Shown here piece after piece: positions 1-10,106 of a stretch of DNA of 45,319 bases. Both the position numbers and the translations under genes were made by a program. The stretch comes from a virus: IMG/VR virus record IMGVR_UViG_3300045988_147626, positions 1 through 45,319 of that record; one strand, given 5' to 3'. Each line of letters opens with the position of its first letter. Position 1 is the first letter of the stretch. Under the pieces are notes generated by a model. It was not told the origin of the DNA. It worked only from the letters and a program-made list of their open reading frames with translations, and did not search any database.

Positions 1-89
1 CTTTTTTTGTTACTGGAAAGGAGAAAACATGTGAGGTAGAGGCGGAAGCAGCGGAATGGGAGCAAAAGAAACTGTATTTTCGTATAAGA
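1..89 (+). repeat. Terminal direct repeat copy 1 (assembly closure overlap)
   Basis: Bases 1..89 are identical to 45231..45319 by direct reading. Confidence 0.95.
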
Positions 90-102
90 TGGGGGCAAAA
101 CC

Positions 103-369
103 ATGACGGTTCAGCGAACACGGACAGGAGTTGTCCTTGTGAATGGAAGCCCAAGAAAGGTTGATTATGATACACTGCGCAAAAATATGAGTCAAAAAGA
201 AGGGTTTAAAAATTTGACAGCTAAGGATTTGCAAGAAAAACGAGAAAGACGATTCGAAGACCATAAAGGACGCGATTATGAACTAGGTCTCGGGATTGGA
301 AATAACCGGGAATACAGAAAGACTGCAAGAAGCAACAGGCTTATAAACAGAATTATGAGTAAGAGGTAG
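103..369 (+). CDS. Hypothetical small basic protein (88 aa)
   Basis: ATG-initiated ORF. It ends 3 nt before the next gene start. Lys/Arg-rich, no recognisable family. Confidence 0.5.
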   Translation: MTVQRTRTGVVLVNGSPRKVDYDTLRKNMSQKEGFKNLTAKDLQEKRERRFEDHKGRDYELGLGIGNNREYRKTARSNRLINRIMSKR

Positions 370-372
370 TAT

Positions 373-1017
373 ATGGCAGATAAATCAACCAGTATTGCCT
401 ACGAAAATTTGAATCGTCGCATCTTTCCTGGCATTGGAGAATACGGTATACCACAGATAGAGCCTGAGGTATTCGAGGGAAACTGTGAATTTATCGGTTT
501 CAATTACGCTAGGGGCAAATGTAACAATCCAGAAGAGAAAGCTGTTCATTTCTTCTTAGATGATTATCAGTTTGACGCACTATGGAGAAATCCAGACAGG
601 TATGTGGACAAGCTGAGTAGATTCCAGTATATCTTGACACCAGATTTTAGCACCTACACCGATTTCCCTAAAGCTATCCAGATATACAATCATTACCGAA
701 AGCATTGGATTGGTGCATATCTGCAAGAATATGGTTGTCACGTGATTCCAACAATATCGTGGAGTACGCCGGATTCTTACGACTGGTGTTTTGATGGAGA
801 ACCAGAGGGCGGAACGGTGGCGGTTTCTTCGGTCGGATGTATGAACAGTGCAGAAAAAAGAAGTCTGTTTTTATCTGGGTATGCGGCGATGGTTGAGCGG
901 TTACATCCGGAGACAATCATCTTTTACGGCAGTGTACCGGAGGAGTGCAAAGGAAATATTGTCCGGGTGCTGGCATTTAGCGATAAATTCAAGGAGGCGG
1001 TATGTGATGGGTGGTAA
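373..1017 (+). CDS. DUF4417-like protein (214 aa)
   Basis: Motif pattern VHFFLDDYQFD, TPDFSTY, IQIYNHYR and VIPTISW matches my recollection of Pfam DUF4417. The family call needs HMM confirmation. Confidence 0.65.
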   Translation: MADKSTSIAYENLNRRIFPGIGEYGIPQIEPEVFEGNCEFIGFNYARGKCNNPEEKAVHFFLDDYQFDALWRNPDRYVDKLSRFQYILTPDFSTYTDFPKAIQIYNHYRKHWIGAYLQEYGCHVIPTISWSTPDSYDWCFDGEPEGGTVAVSSVGCMNSAEKRSLFLSGYAAMVERLHPETIIFYGSVPEECKGNIVRVLAFSDKFKEAVCDGW

Positions 1018-1019
1018 TT

Positions 1020-1475
1020 ATGTATAGTGATACGGTTACAGTATTTTGTTATTACGAGTCATCAGGCGAAGCCATCTGGTACCCATATGTCTTGTCGGGT
1101 GTAGATTTGAATATGGATCGAGGTGCAATCTTGAAAAAATATGGTCCAGGCAGTACGGACAACGCACAGCTTCATATCGAATATCAGGAGCTGGATGGTA
1201 GCAAGCTGATTCGGACGGCAGCAGGACTATTACTTCCGTGGCTTCCGCCAAAGAGTTGGAAAAGGCAGGAGGCGGAAGAAAGGGCAGCCAGTATCACGTT
1301 TGGCAGTGATGATTTTTTCATAGCTGGAGAATGGGAGGCAGGTGCCGTGAATGATGCTGATTACCCGGATGGTTTTTATCAGTATCTGAATGCGGAACGG
1401 GATTACTGCTTTAAGATATCCAGTGTGGGCGGACCGTACAGCCTGATCCCGCACTTTGAAATTCTAGGAAAGTAG
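1020..1475 (+). CDS. Putative head-tail joining (neck) protein
   Basis: ORF in the neck gene block. ATG at 1020 is preferred over the track GTG at 1011, which overlaps the upstream stop. The call rests on position only. Confidence 0.5.
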   Translation: MYSDTVTVFCYYESSGEAIWYPYVLSGVDLNMDRGAILKKYGPGSTDNAQLHIEYQELDGSKLIRTAAGLLLPWLPPKSWKRQEAEERAASITFGSDDFFIAGEWEAGAVNDADYPDGFYQYLNAERDYCFKISSVGGPYSLIPHFEILGK

Positions 1476-1982
1476 GTGGACGACATCGCCAGAAGGAGTA
1501 AAAGAGGTGCTATGAAAAGCTTCTCTACCGTTAAGGGAAATGTTCACATAACATTGGATATGTCGCGGTTTAAGCGACAGTTTCAGAGGGCACAATATCA
1601 GCTTGATGGGGCTGTTATGGAAAGTATGGTTCCATTTATGCCGATGATTACCGGAAGTTTTATAAATACAACCCGCGCGGCTAGTGCGGCGGTGCAAGGC
1701 AGCGGTGTTGTATATGCTGCCTATGGTCCGCAGGGGCGATTCTTGTATGAAGGAAAAGGCATGGTAGATGAGCAAACCGGCAGCCCCTGGGCGCGTAGGG
1801 GAGCGAAGAAGGTTTTGGTCAGCCAATATGGCGGAAAGACACGGGCAAAGGAACGGCTGGAATATACGAAGCAGGCGCATCCGAAAGCGCAAGCGAAGTG
1901 GTTTGAAGCAGCCAAGAAGGCAGATGAAAAGGCATGGATTCGCCTGGTAAAAGAAACAGCGGGAGGTGGTAAACGTGGCTAA
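1476..1982 (+). CDS. Putative minor capsid / head-tail joining protein
   Basis: 168-aa ORF contiguous with the neck genes. Its basic C-terminus resembles Firmicutes phage minor capsid family proteins. An internal ATG start is also possible. Confidence 0.5.
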   Translation: MDDIARRSKRGAMKSFSTVKGNVHITLDMSRFKRQFQRAQYQLDGAVMESMVPFMPMITGSFINTTRAASAAVQGSGVVYAAYGPQGRFLYEGKGMVDEQTGSPWARRGAKKVLVSQYGGKTRAKERLEYTKQAHPKAQAKWFEAAKKADEKAWIRLVKETAGGGKRG

Positions 1983-2487
1983 TGTATTGCAACCGATAGG
2001 AACAGATGCGAGTGGTTATGAGGTACTGACGGCGGCGATCCGGGAGCTTTTGAATCAGTATCCGGGTCTGCCACAGGGAGAACGGATTAAGTTTGAAGAG
2101 CTGGAAAAAGACAAAGGAATTGCTTTTTCAGCGGACAGCGGTGCCTTGATTTATGAGGAGAATGAGGATGTGATAGGGAACATCTTTCAAACCTGTCAGT
2201 TTCCGTTCTATGTTGTATACCGGACGGCATCCGATCGGGAACGACGTAAACTATCGGCTCAGAGCTTTCTAGACGGGCTTGGAAAATGGCTCTGCCGGGA
2301 AAAGGTTGTGTTAAATGATAAAGAATATCGTTTGACTGAATATCCAAAGCTCTCCCAAGAGAGAAAGATAACAAGAATTGTGCGGGAAAATGCATATGGC
2401 TTGGAACCGCAGGAAAATGGTGTACAGGATTGGGTTCTTCCGGTATCTGTACGATACAGTAATGAAATATTAGAGCCAGACGCATGA
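1966..2487 (+). CDS. Putative neck / tail-completion protein
   Basis: 173-aa ORF, last gene before the tail tube. GGGAGGTGG lies upstream of a possible GTG start at 1975. A strong terminator follows. Confidence 0.5.
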   Translation: MVNVANVLQPIGTDASGYEVLTAAIRELLNQYPGLPQGERIKFEELEKDKGIAFSADSGALIYEENEDVIGNIFQTCQFPFYVVYRTASDRERRKLSAQSFLDGLGKWLCREKVVLNDKEYRLTEYPKLSQERKITRIVRENAYGLEPQENGVQDWVLPVSVRYSNEILEPDA

Positions 2488-2489
2488 CG

Positions 2490-2528
2490 CAGAGCCAGGA
2501 TCAATTTGATTTGAGGCTCTGTTTTTTT
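2490..2528 (+). terminator. Rho-independent terminator between neck and tail genes
   Basis: Stem CAGAGCC (2490..2496) pairs with GGCTCTG (2515..2521), followed by a T7 run. Confidence 0.7.
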
Positions 2529-2547
2529 ATTCAAGAAGGAGGACGTT

Positions 2548-3045
2548 ATGAGCAAATTAACAAGAGGTGCTTACAGAACATTTCTGGATGCGGCATTTGG
2601 TGGTACTGGAACGCCTAAATGGTGGAGACTGGGAAAGTACACCGATGATTTAAGCGTTAATCTGAATCCGGATGTTTCATCCAATAAGAATGTCTGGGAC
2701 GAATCGTATGTTGAGGACAACGGTTATGAACCGTCGATCGAATCGACCACCTACTATGCGGATCCGACCGATCCGATTTATCCGAAACTGCGAGATATGG
2801 CAATGAACCGGTTAAAGGGTGATGATTGCAGAACAACGATTCTGGAAGTGATTGTAGAGGATACCGCAGCGGCAAAACACAGGGCATGGAAAGAGGATGT
2901 TGTGGTGAAGCCGGAAGAGTACGGCGGCAATACATCGGGCTTTCAGATCCCGTTCAGTATTCATTTTGATGGAAACCGGAAGGAAGGTTCTGTCACGATC
3001 GCGGATGGCGCTCTCACGTGGGATGATGCCAAGGTAGGAGAATAA
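2548..3045 (+). CDS. Major tail (tube) protein
   Basis: 165 aa with AAGGAGG RBS. First gene of the tail block, upstream of the chaperones and tape measure. Size and position are typical. Confidence 0.65.
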   Translation: MSKLTRGAYRTFLDAAFGGTGTPKWWRLGKYTDDLSVNLNPDVSSNKNVWDESYVEDNGYEPSIESTTYYADPTDPIYPKLRDMAMNRLKGDDCRTTILEVIVEDTAAAKHRAWKEDVVVKPEEYGGNTSGFQIPFSIHFDGNRKEGSVTIADGALTWDDAKVGE

Positions 3046-3060
3046 GGGAAGGTGTAACAG

Positions 3061-3513
3061 ATGGGAAATGTAATTCAGATTGATGATGGCAGTAAGGTAT
3101 ACGATATTACGAATATGCGTGGGGAACTTTTGGGACAGTTCAAATTTATTCCATCTGATTTCGATCTTATCCGGCGTTATGATGAGACGGTTTCTGCTTT
3201 TGAGCGGATGTCCGAGGAGATCAAGGAGAAAAAAGATGCACCGATTTCCTATGTAATGGAATTGGATAAGCGTATCGGAGAACAGGTGGATTATCTGTTT
3301 AATGCGCCGGTGGCGAAAAGCTTCTTTTCGATTACCTCCCCGTTCACGATGCTGGACAGCGGGCAGTTCTTTGTTGAGAATGTGCTGAACGCCGTGAAGG
3401 GGATCATTGAGCAGGAGAGAAATGTAAAGCTGGAAGCGGTGCAGGCTCATGTTCAGAAATACACGCAGAAATACAAAACGGGTCCGGGCGGCTATATTGC
3501 CCCGGTAAAATAG
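3061..3513 (+). CDS. Tail assembly chaperone
   Basis: 150-aa acidic ORF between the tube gene and the tape measure. The downstream gene is in the -1 frame. Confidence 0.55.
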   Translation: MGNVIQIDDGSKVYDITNMRGELLGQFKFIPSDFDLIRRYDETVSAFERMSEEIKEKKDAPISYVMELDKRIGEQVDYLFNAPVAKSFFSITSPFTMLDSGQFFVENVLNAVKGIIEQERNVKLEAVQAHVQKYTQKYKTGPGGYIAPVK

Positions 3514-4091
3514 TGTTTACCTGGGATCTTCCGCAGGCGCTGGAAGTTGGCGGGAGAATGTATGAAATTCGGACAGATTTCCGCCCGGCTCTGGATATTT
3601 TGGTGGCATTCAATGATCCAGAGCTGCCGGAGGAAAACAAAATCCAGGTAATGATGGAGATTCTGTTTGTAGAGCTTCCACCGGAGGAGTACCTGAATGA
3701 AGCCGTAGAACGGGCGTACTGGTATCTGGATTGCGGGAAACGAAGTGATGGAAAGACTGGCCCCAGAGTCATGGATTGGGAGCAGGATGCATCCATGATT
3801 TTTTCGGCGATTAATAAGGTGGCAGGATATGAGCTGAGAAATCCCCAACGCTATACGCATTGGTGGACGTTTGCGGGGTATTTTGACGAAATAGATGAAG
3901 GGACCTTTTCGCAGGTTCTTGCCATACGCCAGAAGCGTGCAAAAGGGAAGAAGCTAGAAAAATGGGAAGAAGAGTTTCTTCATGAACATCGTTCACTTGT
4001 AATTTTGGAAAATAAGACATCGGAGGAAGAACAGAAACGGATTGCGGCAGAAGAGGCAGCGGTCGATGCGTTATTTAAGGGGGTGTACTGA
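3513..4091 (+). CDS. Phage Gp15-family protein (tail assembly chaperone-like)
   Basis: The N-terminus FTWDLPQALEVGGRMYEIRTDFR resembles the bacteriophage Gp15 family. It lies directly upstream of the tape measure. Confidence 0.6.
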   Translation: MFTWDLPQALEVGGRMYEIRTDFRPALDILVAFNDPELPEENKIQVMMEILFVELPPEEYLNEAVERAYWYLDCGKRSDGKTGPRVMDWEQDASMIFSAINKVAGYELRNPQRYTHWWTFAGYFDEIDEGTFSQVLAIRQKRAKGKKLEKWEEEFLHEHRSLVILENKTSEEEQKRIAAEEAAVDALFKGVY

Positions 4092-4094
4092 TAG

Positions 4095-6992
4095 ATGGCG
4101 GACGGAACCATAGTAATTGATACGGCGATCCGGAAAGATGGGCTTGATGCCGGAATTAATGAGATAGAACAGGCACTGGACGGCGCATCGGCGCAGTTTC
4201 ATGATTATGGGGATTCTGTTCAGAAGTTCATCGATGACTATATGAACGGAGCCGGACAGGCATCTCGGTACACGAACGAATTAAAGCAGCAGGTTGAATC
4301 TTTAAAAAAACAGTTAAAGGATCTGGAAGATAATGGAAAATGGTTTGGCGATGAAGATTACAATAGTACATTCCTAAAATATCAGCAGCTCATGCAGGAA
4401 GTTAAGGAATGGAAAAGGGCTATTGTCAATCCAGAGTCAGATGTCAAACTGTTTGACTCGAGCACCCTGGAAGGTCAGATCGGGAAGCTGACCGGCGATT
4501 TGATGAAATTACGCAACAGCGGAAAGGGCTTCGGAGATGAGACGTTTGATGCGACGGCGATCGCGCTGAAACGAGCCCAGCACTCACTTGCAGATTATCA
4601 AAAAGAACTGTTTAAGACAGATGAGCAGCGGCAGAAAGAGGCAGAAACAGCCAGGAAGCAGGAAGAAGCGCAGCGGCGCGTGAATGAGAGGCTGGAGGAA
4701 GCGCGGCAAAAGGAAGCCGCCGCCGCTCAGGAAGCTGCCCGGCTTTCGGCGATCGGTGAGAATGCTAAAATTTCGAATCGACGCATCGTGTCCCTCAATA
4801 AGGAACTGGCTGCCCTGGAGGCACGACAAAAGGAACTGTCAAAAGCGGGCGTAGGGCCGGGAAACAAAGAATATGACAGCAACGCCCGGAAAATAAGGAA
4901 GCTTAGGGAAGAACTGAGCCGTTACCAGAGCGGCGCAAAGGCATCTGAAAAGCAGACTAAGAAACTGAATAAATCCTTGGATAATACCAAGAAATCGGCG
5001 GGTGGCGCCCGGATGAGCATGAAACGGATGTTGATGATGTCTCTGATGTTTTCAACGGTGTTCCGTGCACTATCTGCAGTTGCTTCGGGGTTAAAGTCCG
5101 GTACGGATAACCTGGCGCAGTATTCGGATGATACAAATCGGGCGCTCTCTATGCTGGTGTCTGCCCTGACCCAGTTGAAAAACAGTTTTGCAACTGCATT
5201 TTCTCCGGCGATCGAGTATGCGGCACCGGCACTGACAAAAATGATTTCACTTTTGTCGGAAGCGGTTACGTGGACGGCACAGTTGGCGGCTGCTTTGACG
5301 GGCAAGGACACATATACGCGGGCAACTAAGGTAGAAGAGGATTACGGCGCCGCCCTGAAGGAGAGCAACCAACAGTTAAAGGATAAGGAGAAACTGAATA
5401 AAAAGCTGCTGTTTAGCTTTGATGAACTGATACAAGCGCAGAAGAACAGCAGTGATACAAAAGATTATGTCGGACCAACACCGGATCAGATGTTTAAAAC
5501 GGAGGAAGTTCCGAATGAAATGAAGGATCTGGCTGCGGATATAAAAAAGACATTCTCTGATTTGTTTGACCCGCTGAAAGAGTCGTGGAAAGAAAATGGT
5601 CCGGAAGTGACGGAGGCTGTTAAAGCGGCTTTTACGGCGATGAAGCAGCTGGCGGGGGATGTCGGGGCTTCCTTTATGCAGGTCTGGAATATGGAAGGAT
5701 ATGGGAAACGTATCACGGATGATCTGCTGATTACGGTTGCCAACCTGGCATGGACGGTCGCTAATCTGGCTACACAGTTGGATGCAGCATGGGTGGCAGG
5801 CGATACCGGCACAAACATCATGCGGCATTTGGGAGATATCATTTTAGAAATCACAGGCTTTTTCCGTGATGCATCGCAGAGTATGAAAGACTGGTCGGCA
5901 GATTTGGACTTTTCTCCGTTACTTACCAGTTTTGATGCAGTTTTTGCGGCACTGGGACCGGTGGTAGGAGACATTGGCGACGCGTTGCTGTGGTTATTGA
6001 ATAAATGCCTTCTCCCGTTGGCAAAATGGGGGCTTGAATCAGGGCTTCCGGCGGTATTTGACCTGATAGCGGCGGCGCTGACGGCATTACATAGTGTGCT
6101 CATGGCAGCAGAACCGACATTCGACTGGATGTGGAATGATTTCTTCCAGCCGATTGGGCAATGGACAGGTGAGTTAATCATCGGAGCACTCCAGAAGCTT
6201 ACGCAGGCGCTTTTGAGGTTTTCAGACTGGGCATCTCAGCATAAGAGTACGATTCAAGCGCTTACGGAGGTTGTAATCATGTTCTTTGCGGCATGGGCGG
6301 TCACAACGCTGGTTTCTCATGTTGGATTGATGATCGCGAATCTTGGGAAGCTGATTGGCGTTCTGGCAACGACCAATATCAAATTCTTGGCGATTGTGAC
6401 GGTTCTGACAGCAGTTGCAGGGCTGGCAATGAAAGTGGCTCAGGCGTGGACAAAAATGACACCAGGAGAGCGGCTGGCGACGAAGATCATCGCGGTAGCT
6501 GGTGCGATTGCATTGGTGGTAGCGGCGATCGGAGCGTTGACCTCCAATTATGTGATGCTTGGTGTGGCGATGGCGGTTGCGGGAATCGCAGGATTGGGAA
6601 TTTCCAGTATTGTGAGCAGTGCAAATTCCAGAAGCGGAAACAGCCGACCGAATACAGCATCTGCATATCAGAATGCGAACCGGGCAGTTTCTTACGCGAG
6701 CGCACCGTTCAGGATGCCTCGTCTGGCAACTGGTACGGTGGTACCGCCGAGAGCGGGTGAGTTCGCTGCTATCTTAGGAGACAATAAACGGGAAACTGAG
6801 GTGGTATCTCCGCTTAGCACGATGAAACAGGCTTTGAAAGAGGCACTGGAGGAATCTGGGGCAATCGGCGGCGGAAGAGATATTCATATAGATTTGATAC
6901 TGAACGGGCAGAGATTTGCCAGTGCAGTATATAAGGCGAACAATCAGGAAAGACAGCGTGTAGGAGTAAGGATGGTGCAACAGAATGCCTAA
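4095..6992 (+). CDS. Tail tape measure protein (965 aa)
   Basis: Longest ORF. N-terminal coiled coil, multiple hydrophobic segments in the C-terminal part, canonical position. Confidence 0.9.
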   Translation: MADGTIVIDTAIRKDGLDAGINEIEQALDGASAQFHDYGDSVQKFIDDYMNGAGQASRYTNELKQQVESLKKQLKDLEDNGKWFGDEDYNSTFLKYQQLMQEVKEWKRAIVNPESDVKLFDSSTLEGQIGKLTGDLMKLRNSGKGFGDETFDATAIALKRAQHSLADYQKELFKTDEQRQKEAETARKQEEAQRRVNERLEEARQKEAAAAQEAARLSAIGENAKISNRRIVSLNKELAALEARQKELSKAGVGPGNKEYDSNARKIRKLREELSRYQSGAKASEKQTKKLNKSLDNTKKSAGGARMSMKRMLMMSLMFSTVFRALSAVASGLKSGTDNLAQYSDDTNRALSMLVSALTQLKNSFATAFSPAIEYAAPALTKMISLLSEAVTWTAQLAAALTGKDTYTRATKVEEDYGAALKESNQQLKDKEKLNKKLLFSFDELIQAQKNSSDTKDYVGPTPDQMFKTEEVPNEMKDLAADIKKTFSDLFDPLKESWKENGPEVTEAVKAAFTAMKQLAGDVGASFMQVWNMEGYGKRITDDLLITVANLAWTVANLATQLDAAWVAGDTGTNIMRHLGDIILEITGFFRDASQSMKDWSADLDFSPLLTSFDAVFAALGPVVGDIGDALLWLLNKCLLPLAKWGLESGLPAVFDLIAAALTALHSVLMAAEPTFDWMWNDFFQPIGQWTGELIIGALQKLTQALLRFSDWASQHKSTIQALTEVVIMFFAAWAVTTLVSHVGLMIANLGKLIGVLATTNIKFLAIVTVLTAVAGLAMKVAQAWTKMTPGERLATKIIAVAGAIALVVAAIGALTSNYVMLGVAMAVAGIAGLGISSIVSSANSRSGNSRPNTASAYQNANRAVSYASAPFRMPRLATGTVVPPRAGEFAAILGDNKRETEVVSPLSTMKQALKEALEESGAIGGGRDIHIDLILNGQRFASAVYKANNQERQRVGVRMVQQNA

Positions 6993-7392
6993 GATTGGAA
7001 ATGGAGTATTTGAGATTGACGGAATGACGTTTCGGTTATGGGTTAAAGAGCTGAAACGCTCTTTCAAAGTAACCGATACGGATAATTCTGGGCGGTTGAA
7101 AGATTACAGTATGTATCGGGACATTGCAGGTACCTTTTACAATTACACGCTGACGCTGGATCCGGATCGGAGCAATCGGGCTGATTACGATAGTTTTTAT
7201 GAGATCGTGTCAGCGCCGAAAGCCTCTCATCATATGGTGTTTCCATATGGCCAGGGGACCTTGGAGTTCGAAGCGTATGTAACCAGCGGAGATGATAGTT
7301 TGAAGATGCAGGAGACGGATAACGGACATATCAATAAATGGTCGGGTCTGTCGCTGAATTTTATAGCCATGAAACCGAAAAGGAGACCGTGA
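6985..7392 (+). CDS. Putative distal tail protein (small, Dit-like)
   Basis: 135-aa ORF overlapping the tape-measure stop. Its stop overlaps the next start as TGATG. Confidence 0.5.
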   Translation: MPKIGNGVFEIDGMTFRLWVKELKRSFKVTDTDNSGRLKDYSMYRDIAGTFYNYTLTLDPDRSNRADYDSFYEIVSAPKASHHMVFPYGQGTLEFEAYVTSGDDSLKMQETDNGHINKWSGLSLNFIAMKPKRRP

Positions 7393-9146
7393 TGGGAGAA
7401 GGACTGAAGATTGTATATGACGATGTGGCGCCATATGCGAAAGAAAATAGCACTCCGCAAATTGTAAAAGCAGGATTGCGCCCTCATAAAGGACTTTTCC
7501 CGCAAGCGGGGTTGACGCCGGCAGCGACAACCGTAGAACGAGAGTTCTTGGATCTACGCCGGGATGATTTGACCTACCCCGGTTATGCGCTTTGTTATCC
7601 TGGCTTTTCTCTGCTGGATGGAAACTATATCAATATGCCAGCTCTGGCGGATGATTACGGATATATTTCGGATGAGTGGTCGGATGCGGACGGTAATTTT
7701 GGATGGAGATATAGCAGAAAAGGGCTCACACCTCAAAAAGGGCTGTACCCGCGAACATTTCTATACCCAGCACCTGGCGGAAGTACCTGGATGGATATGC
7801 CAGCACTGACGATCAGTTTCAACGGGAAGTTTTCAAGTGTAGGTCTTCTTCTTACGTTCAATTTGCTGTCGGGAGATTATGCGCGGAAGCTCAATATTAA
7901 ATGGTATGCAGATGATACTCTGCTTTCAAATAAGGATTTTGAGCCGGACAGTGCGAGATATTTCTGTAGCAATTATGTGCTACGGTACAACAAGATTGTA
8001 CTGACATTCCAAAGTACATCAAAACCATACCGCCCGGTATTCCTTATCCGCATTGATTACGGAATCTATCGTGATTTCCTTTCAGATGAGTTGCTTGAAA
8101 CGGATTGCTTGCAGGAGATCAATGCGATATCGGAGAGCATCAGCATTAATACGTTGTCGTTTACTGTTCGGGCAAAGAATAATATTCCGTTCGACCTACA
8201 GAAGAAGCAGAGATTGGGATTGTACTTCGACGGGCGTTTGCTGGGAAATTTTTACTTAAAGAGCGGCGCCAGAAAGAATCGAGTAGATTATTATATGGAC
8301 ACGCACGATGCATTGGGAATCTTGGATGGCAATGAATATCATGGAGGGATTTACTCGGCTGTGAAAGTAGATACGGTACTGCATGAAATATTTGCCGGGG
8401 AAGATTTTGGATATACATTGGATGAGTCCTATAAGGATGTTACGCTGACCGGGTATATTCCGTATACGAGCAAGCGAAATGCGCTGGTGCAGGTGGCGTT
8501 TGCCATCGGGGCGATCGTAGATACATCTTACGGAGATTGTGTGCGGATTTATCCGCAGTCGCAGGAAATAACGGGAACTTTTGATAATTCGAACACGTTT
8601 GATGGATTGACCCTGGAGCATAGCGACATAGTAACCGGAATCCGGCTGACCGTTCACAGCTATGCGGAGACGGATGAGGAGGAAGAGCTATACAAGGAAG
8701 CGCTGAATGGAACCGCGGAGATTGTATTTTCGGAACCGCATCATAGCCTCTCAATCCTCGGCGGCGCTCTGGAAGAGAGTGGAGCCAATTATGCGATCAT
8801 AACAGGAACAGGAGCCGTTATTACACTGACTGGAAAAAAATACGGTCATTCGACATCCCAGTTATCGAAAGATAATCCGGATATTATTTACAACAAAAAT
8901 ATTAAAGAGGTAACGGATGCGACTCTCATAAATCCAGAAAATGGACCGGCGGCACTGGAACGCATTTATGAATATTACCAGCGGGCAGAGAGCGTTGTTG
9001 GCGATGTGCTTCTGGAAGAGGACAAGCAGTTGGGACAGAAAGTGCAGATTGACACCGGCTACGACGGCATCCGCACAGGAGTAATAGAAAGCATTGATCC
9101 GAGTTTTGCAACAGGAATAAGAGCGAGGATAAGCATACATGAGTGA
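7392..9146 (+). CDS. Tail-associated / baseplate structural protein (584 aa)
   Basis: ATG at 7392 follows AAAAGGAGA and overlaps the upstream stop. Large ORF after the Dit-like gene. Repeated KGL(F/Y)P motifs near the N-terminus. Confidence 0.6.
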   Translation: MGEGLKIVYDDVAPYAKENSTPQIVKAGLRPHKGLFPQAGLTPAATTVEREFLDLRRDDLTYPGYALCYPGFSLLDGNYINMPALADDYGYISDEWSDADGNFGWRYSRKGLTPQKGLYPRTFLYPAPGGSTWMDMPALTISFNGKFSSVGLLLTFNLLSGDYARKLNIKWYADDTLLSNKDFEPDSARYFCSNYVLRYNKIVLTFQSTSKPYRPVFLIRIDYGIYRDFLSDELLETDCLQEINAISESISINTLSFTVRAKNNIPFDLQKKQRLGLYFDGRLLGNFYLKSGARKNRVDYYMDTHDALGILDGNEYHGGIYSAVKVDTVLHEIFAGEDFGYTLDESYKDVTLTGYIPYTSKRNALVQVAFAIGAIVDTSYGDCVRIYPQSQEITGTFDNSNTFDGLTLEHSDIVTGIRLTVHSYAETDEEEELYKEALNGTAEIVFSEPHHSLSILGGALEESGANYAIITGTGAVITLTGKKYGHSTSQLSKDNPDIIYNKNIKEVTDATLINPENGPAALERIYEYYQRAESVVGDVLLEEDKQLGQKVQIDTGYDGIRTGVIESIDPSFATGIRARISIHE

Positions 9147-9582
9147 GATTCTTGACAGTTTGATATTTGACCGGGTACAGGAAGATTTAGATAACCTGAC
9201 GCAGAAAGCATACATTGATTATGCAGATTTGAACCGCATTGAGGGGGCTGTAAAATGGGTTTCTTATGTGCTGAATCGATACGGCTATAAAAATACGACA
9301 CACAATAAGCTGAATTGGAAAATGAATGACTTTCGGACAGAGAAAGAGATGGAGCGCCTGCGGGATAATATAGCAGCTATCCGGGCGGCTTATTATACCC
9401 CAGACAGTACACCGCTTACGCCGGAAAGAATTACATACACATCCATTTATCAGGCAAACGCGATCGAGAAGATCATTTATGATATTGGCACATTGATTGA
9501 GACGTCTTCGCCAGGAATGCAGCATTTAAGTTTCAGGCTGGGAGCTGGCAGGGCACTAGGGAACAGGAGTATAGCAATATGA
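9139..9582 (+). CDS. Hypothetical tail/baseplate protein
   Basis: 147-aa ORF translationally coupled on both sides within the fibre block. Confidence 0.5.
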   Translation: MSEILDSLIFDRVQEDLDNLTQKAYIDYADLNRIEGAVKWVSYVLNRYGYKNTTHNKLNWKMNDFRTEKEMERLRDNIAAIRAAYYTPDSTPLTPERITYTSIYQANAIEKIIYDIGTLIETSSPGMQHLSFRLGAGRALGNRSIAI

Positions 9583-10106
9583 GCTTAAAGACAGATTATA
9601 AAAACGATATCTTTACTGGCAAGCGGAAATATCAGATAACCAATAATGCGGATGGAACGGTTTCTCTGGATGATGTAACGGACTATGTGCAGGAGGGGGA
9701 TATTCTTTCGGCGGATGATGTGAATGCGATCAATAAAGCGGTAAATGAGCTGCAGACAGGAAGCGATTCGTTCCAGGAAGAAATTACAGGCCGGGTCGAT
9801 GATATATCTGGAACTGCGGAGGCCCTGACCGGAGAAGTGCTTCTGACACTTCGAGCATCCAGGTGGAGCGATACAGCACCGTATACGCAGAAGGTTGCAT
9901 TTGTTGGAATAAAGGAAACGGACATTCCTATATACGGGTTACGTTTGACGGGAACGCTGTCCAACGTGACGGTAGAAGCGCAGAAACTTGCGTGGGGCTA
10001 CGTGGATCGGATCGCATCGGGTGATGACGTTGTGACGGCATATTGTTACAGCAAAAAGCCTGTGACGGACATCGTTGTATCGGCGAAAGGGGTAAAACAT
10101 GGCTGA
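9579..10106 (+). CDS. Tail fibre-like protein
   Basis: The N-terminus KTDYKNDIFTGKRKYQITNNADGTVSLDDVT is a motif I associate with Firmicutes phage fibre proteins. Confidence 0.55.
   Translation: MSLKTDYKNDIFTGKRKYQITNNADGTVSLDDVTDYVQEGDILSADDVNAINKAVNELQTGSDSFQEEITGRVDDISGTAEALTGEVLLTLRASRWSDTAPYTQKVAFVGIKETDIPIYGLRLTGTLSNVTVEAQKLAWGYVDRIASGDDVVTAYCYSKKPVTDIVVSAKGVKHG

Noticed and set aside
6293-6760. 155-aa alternative-frame ORF inside the tape measure gene
   Set aside because: It is embedded in the TMP reading frame, is Gly/Cys/Asp-rich and low-complexity, and has no RBS.
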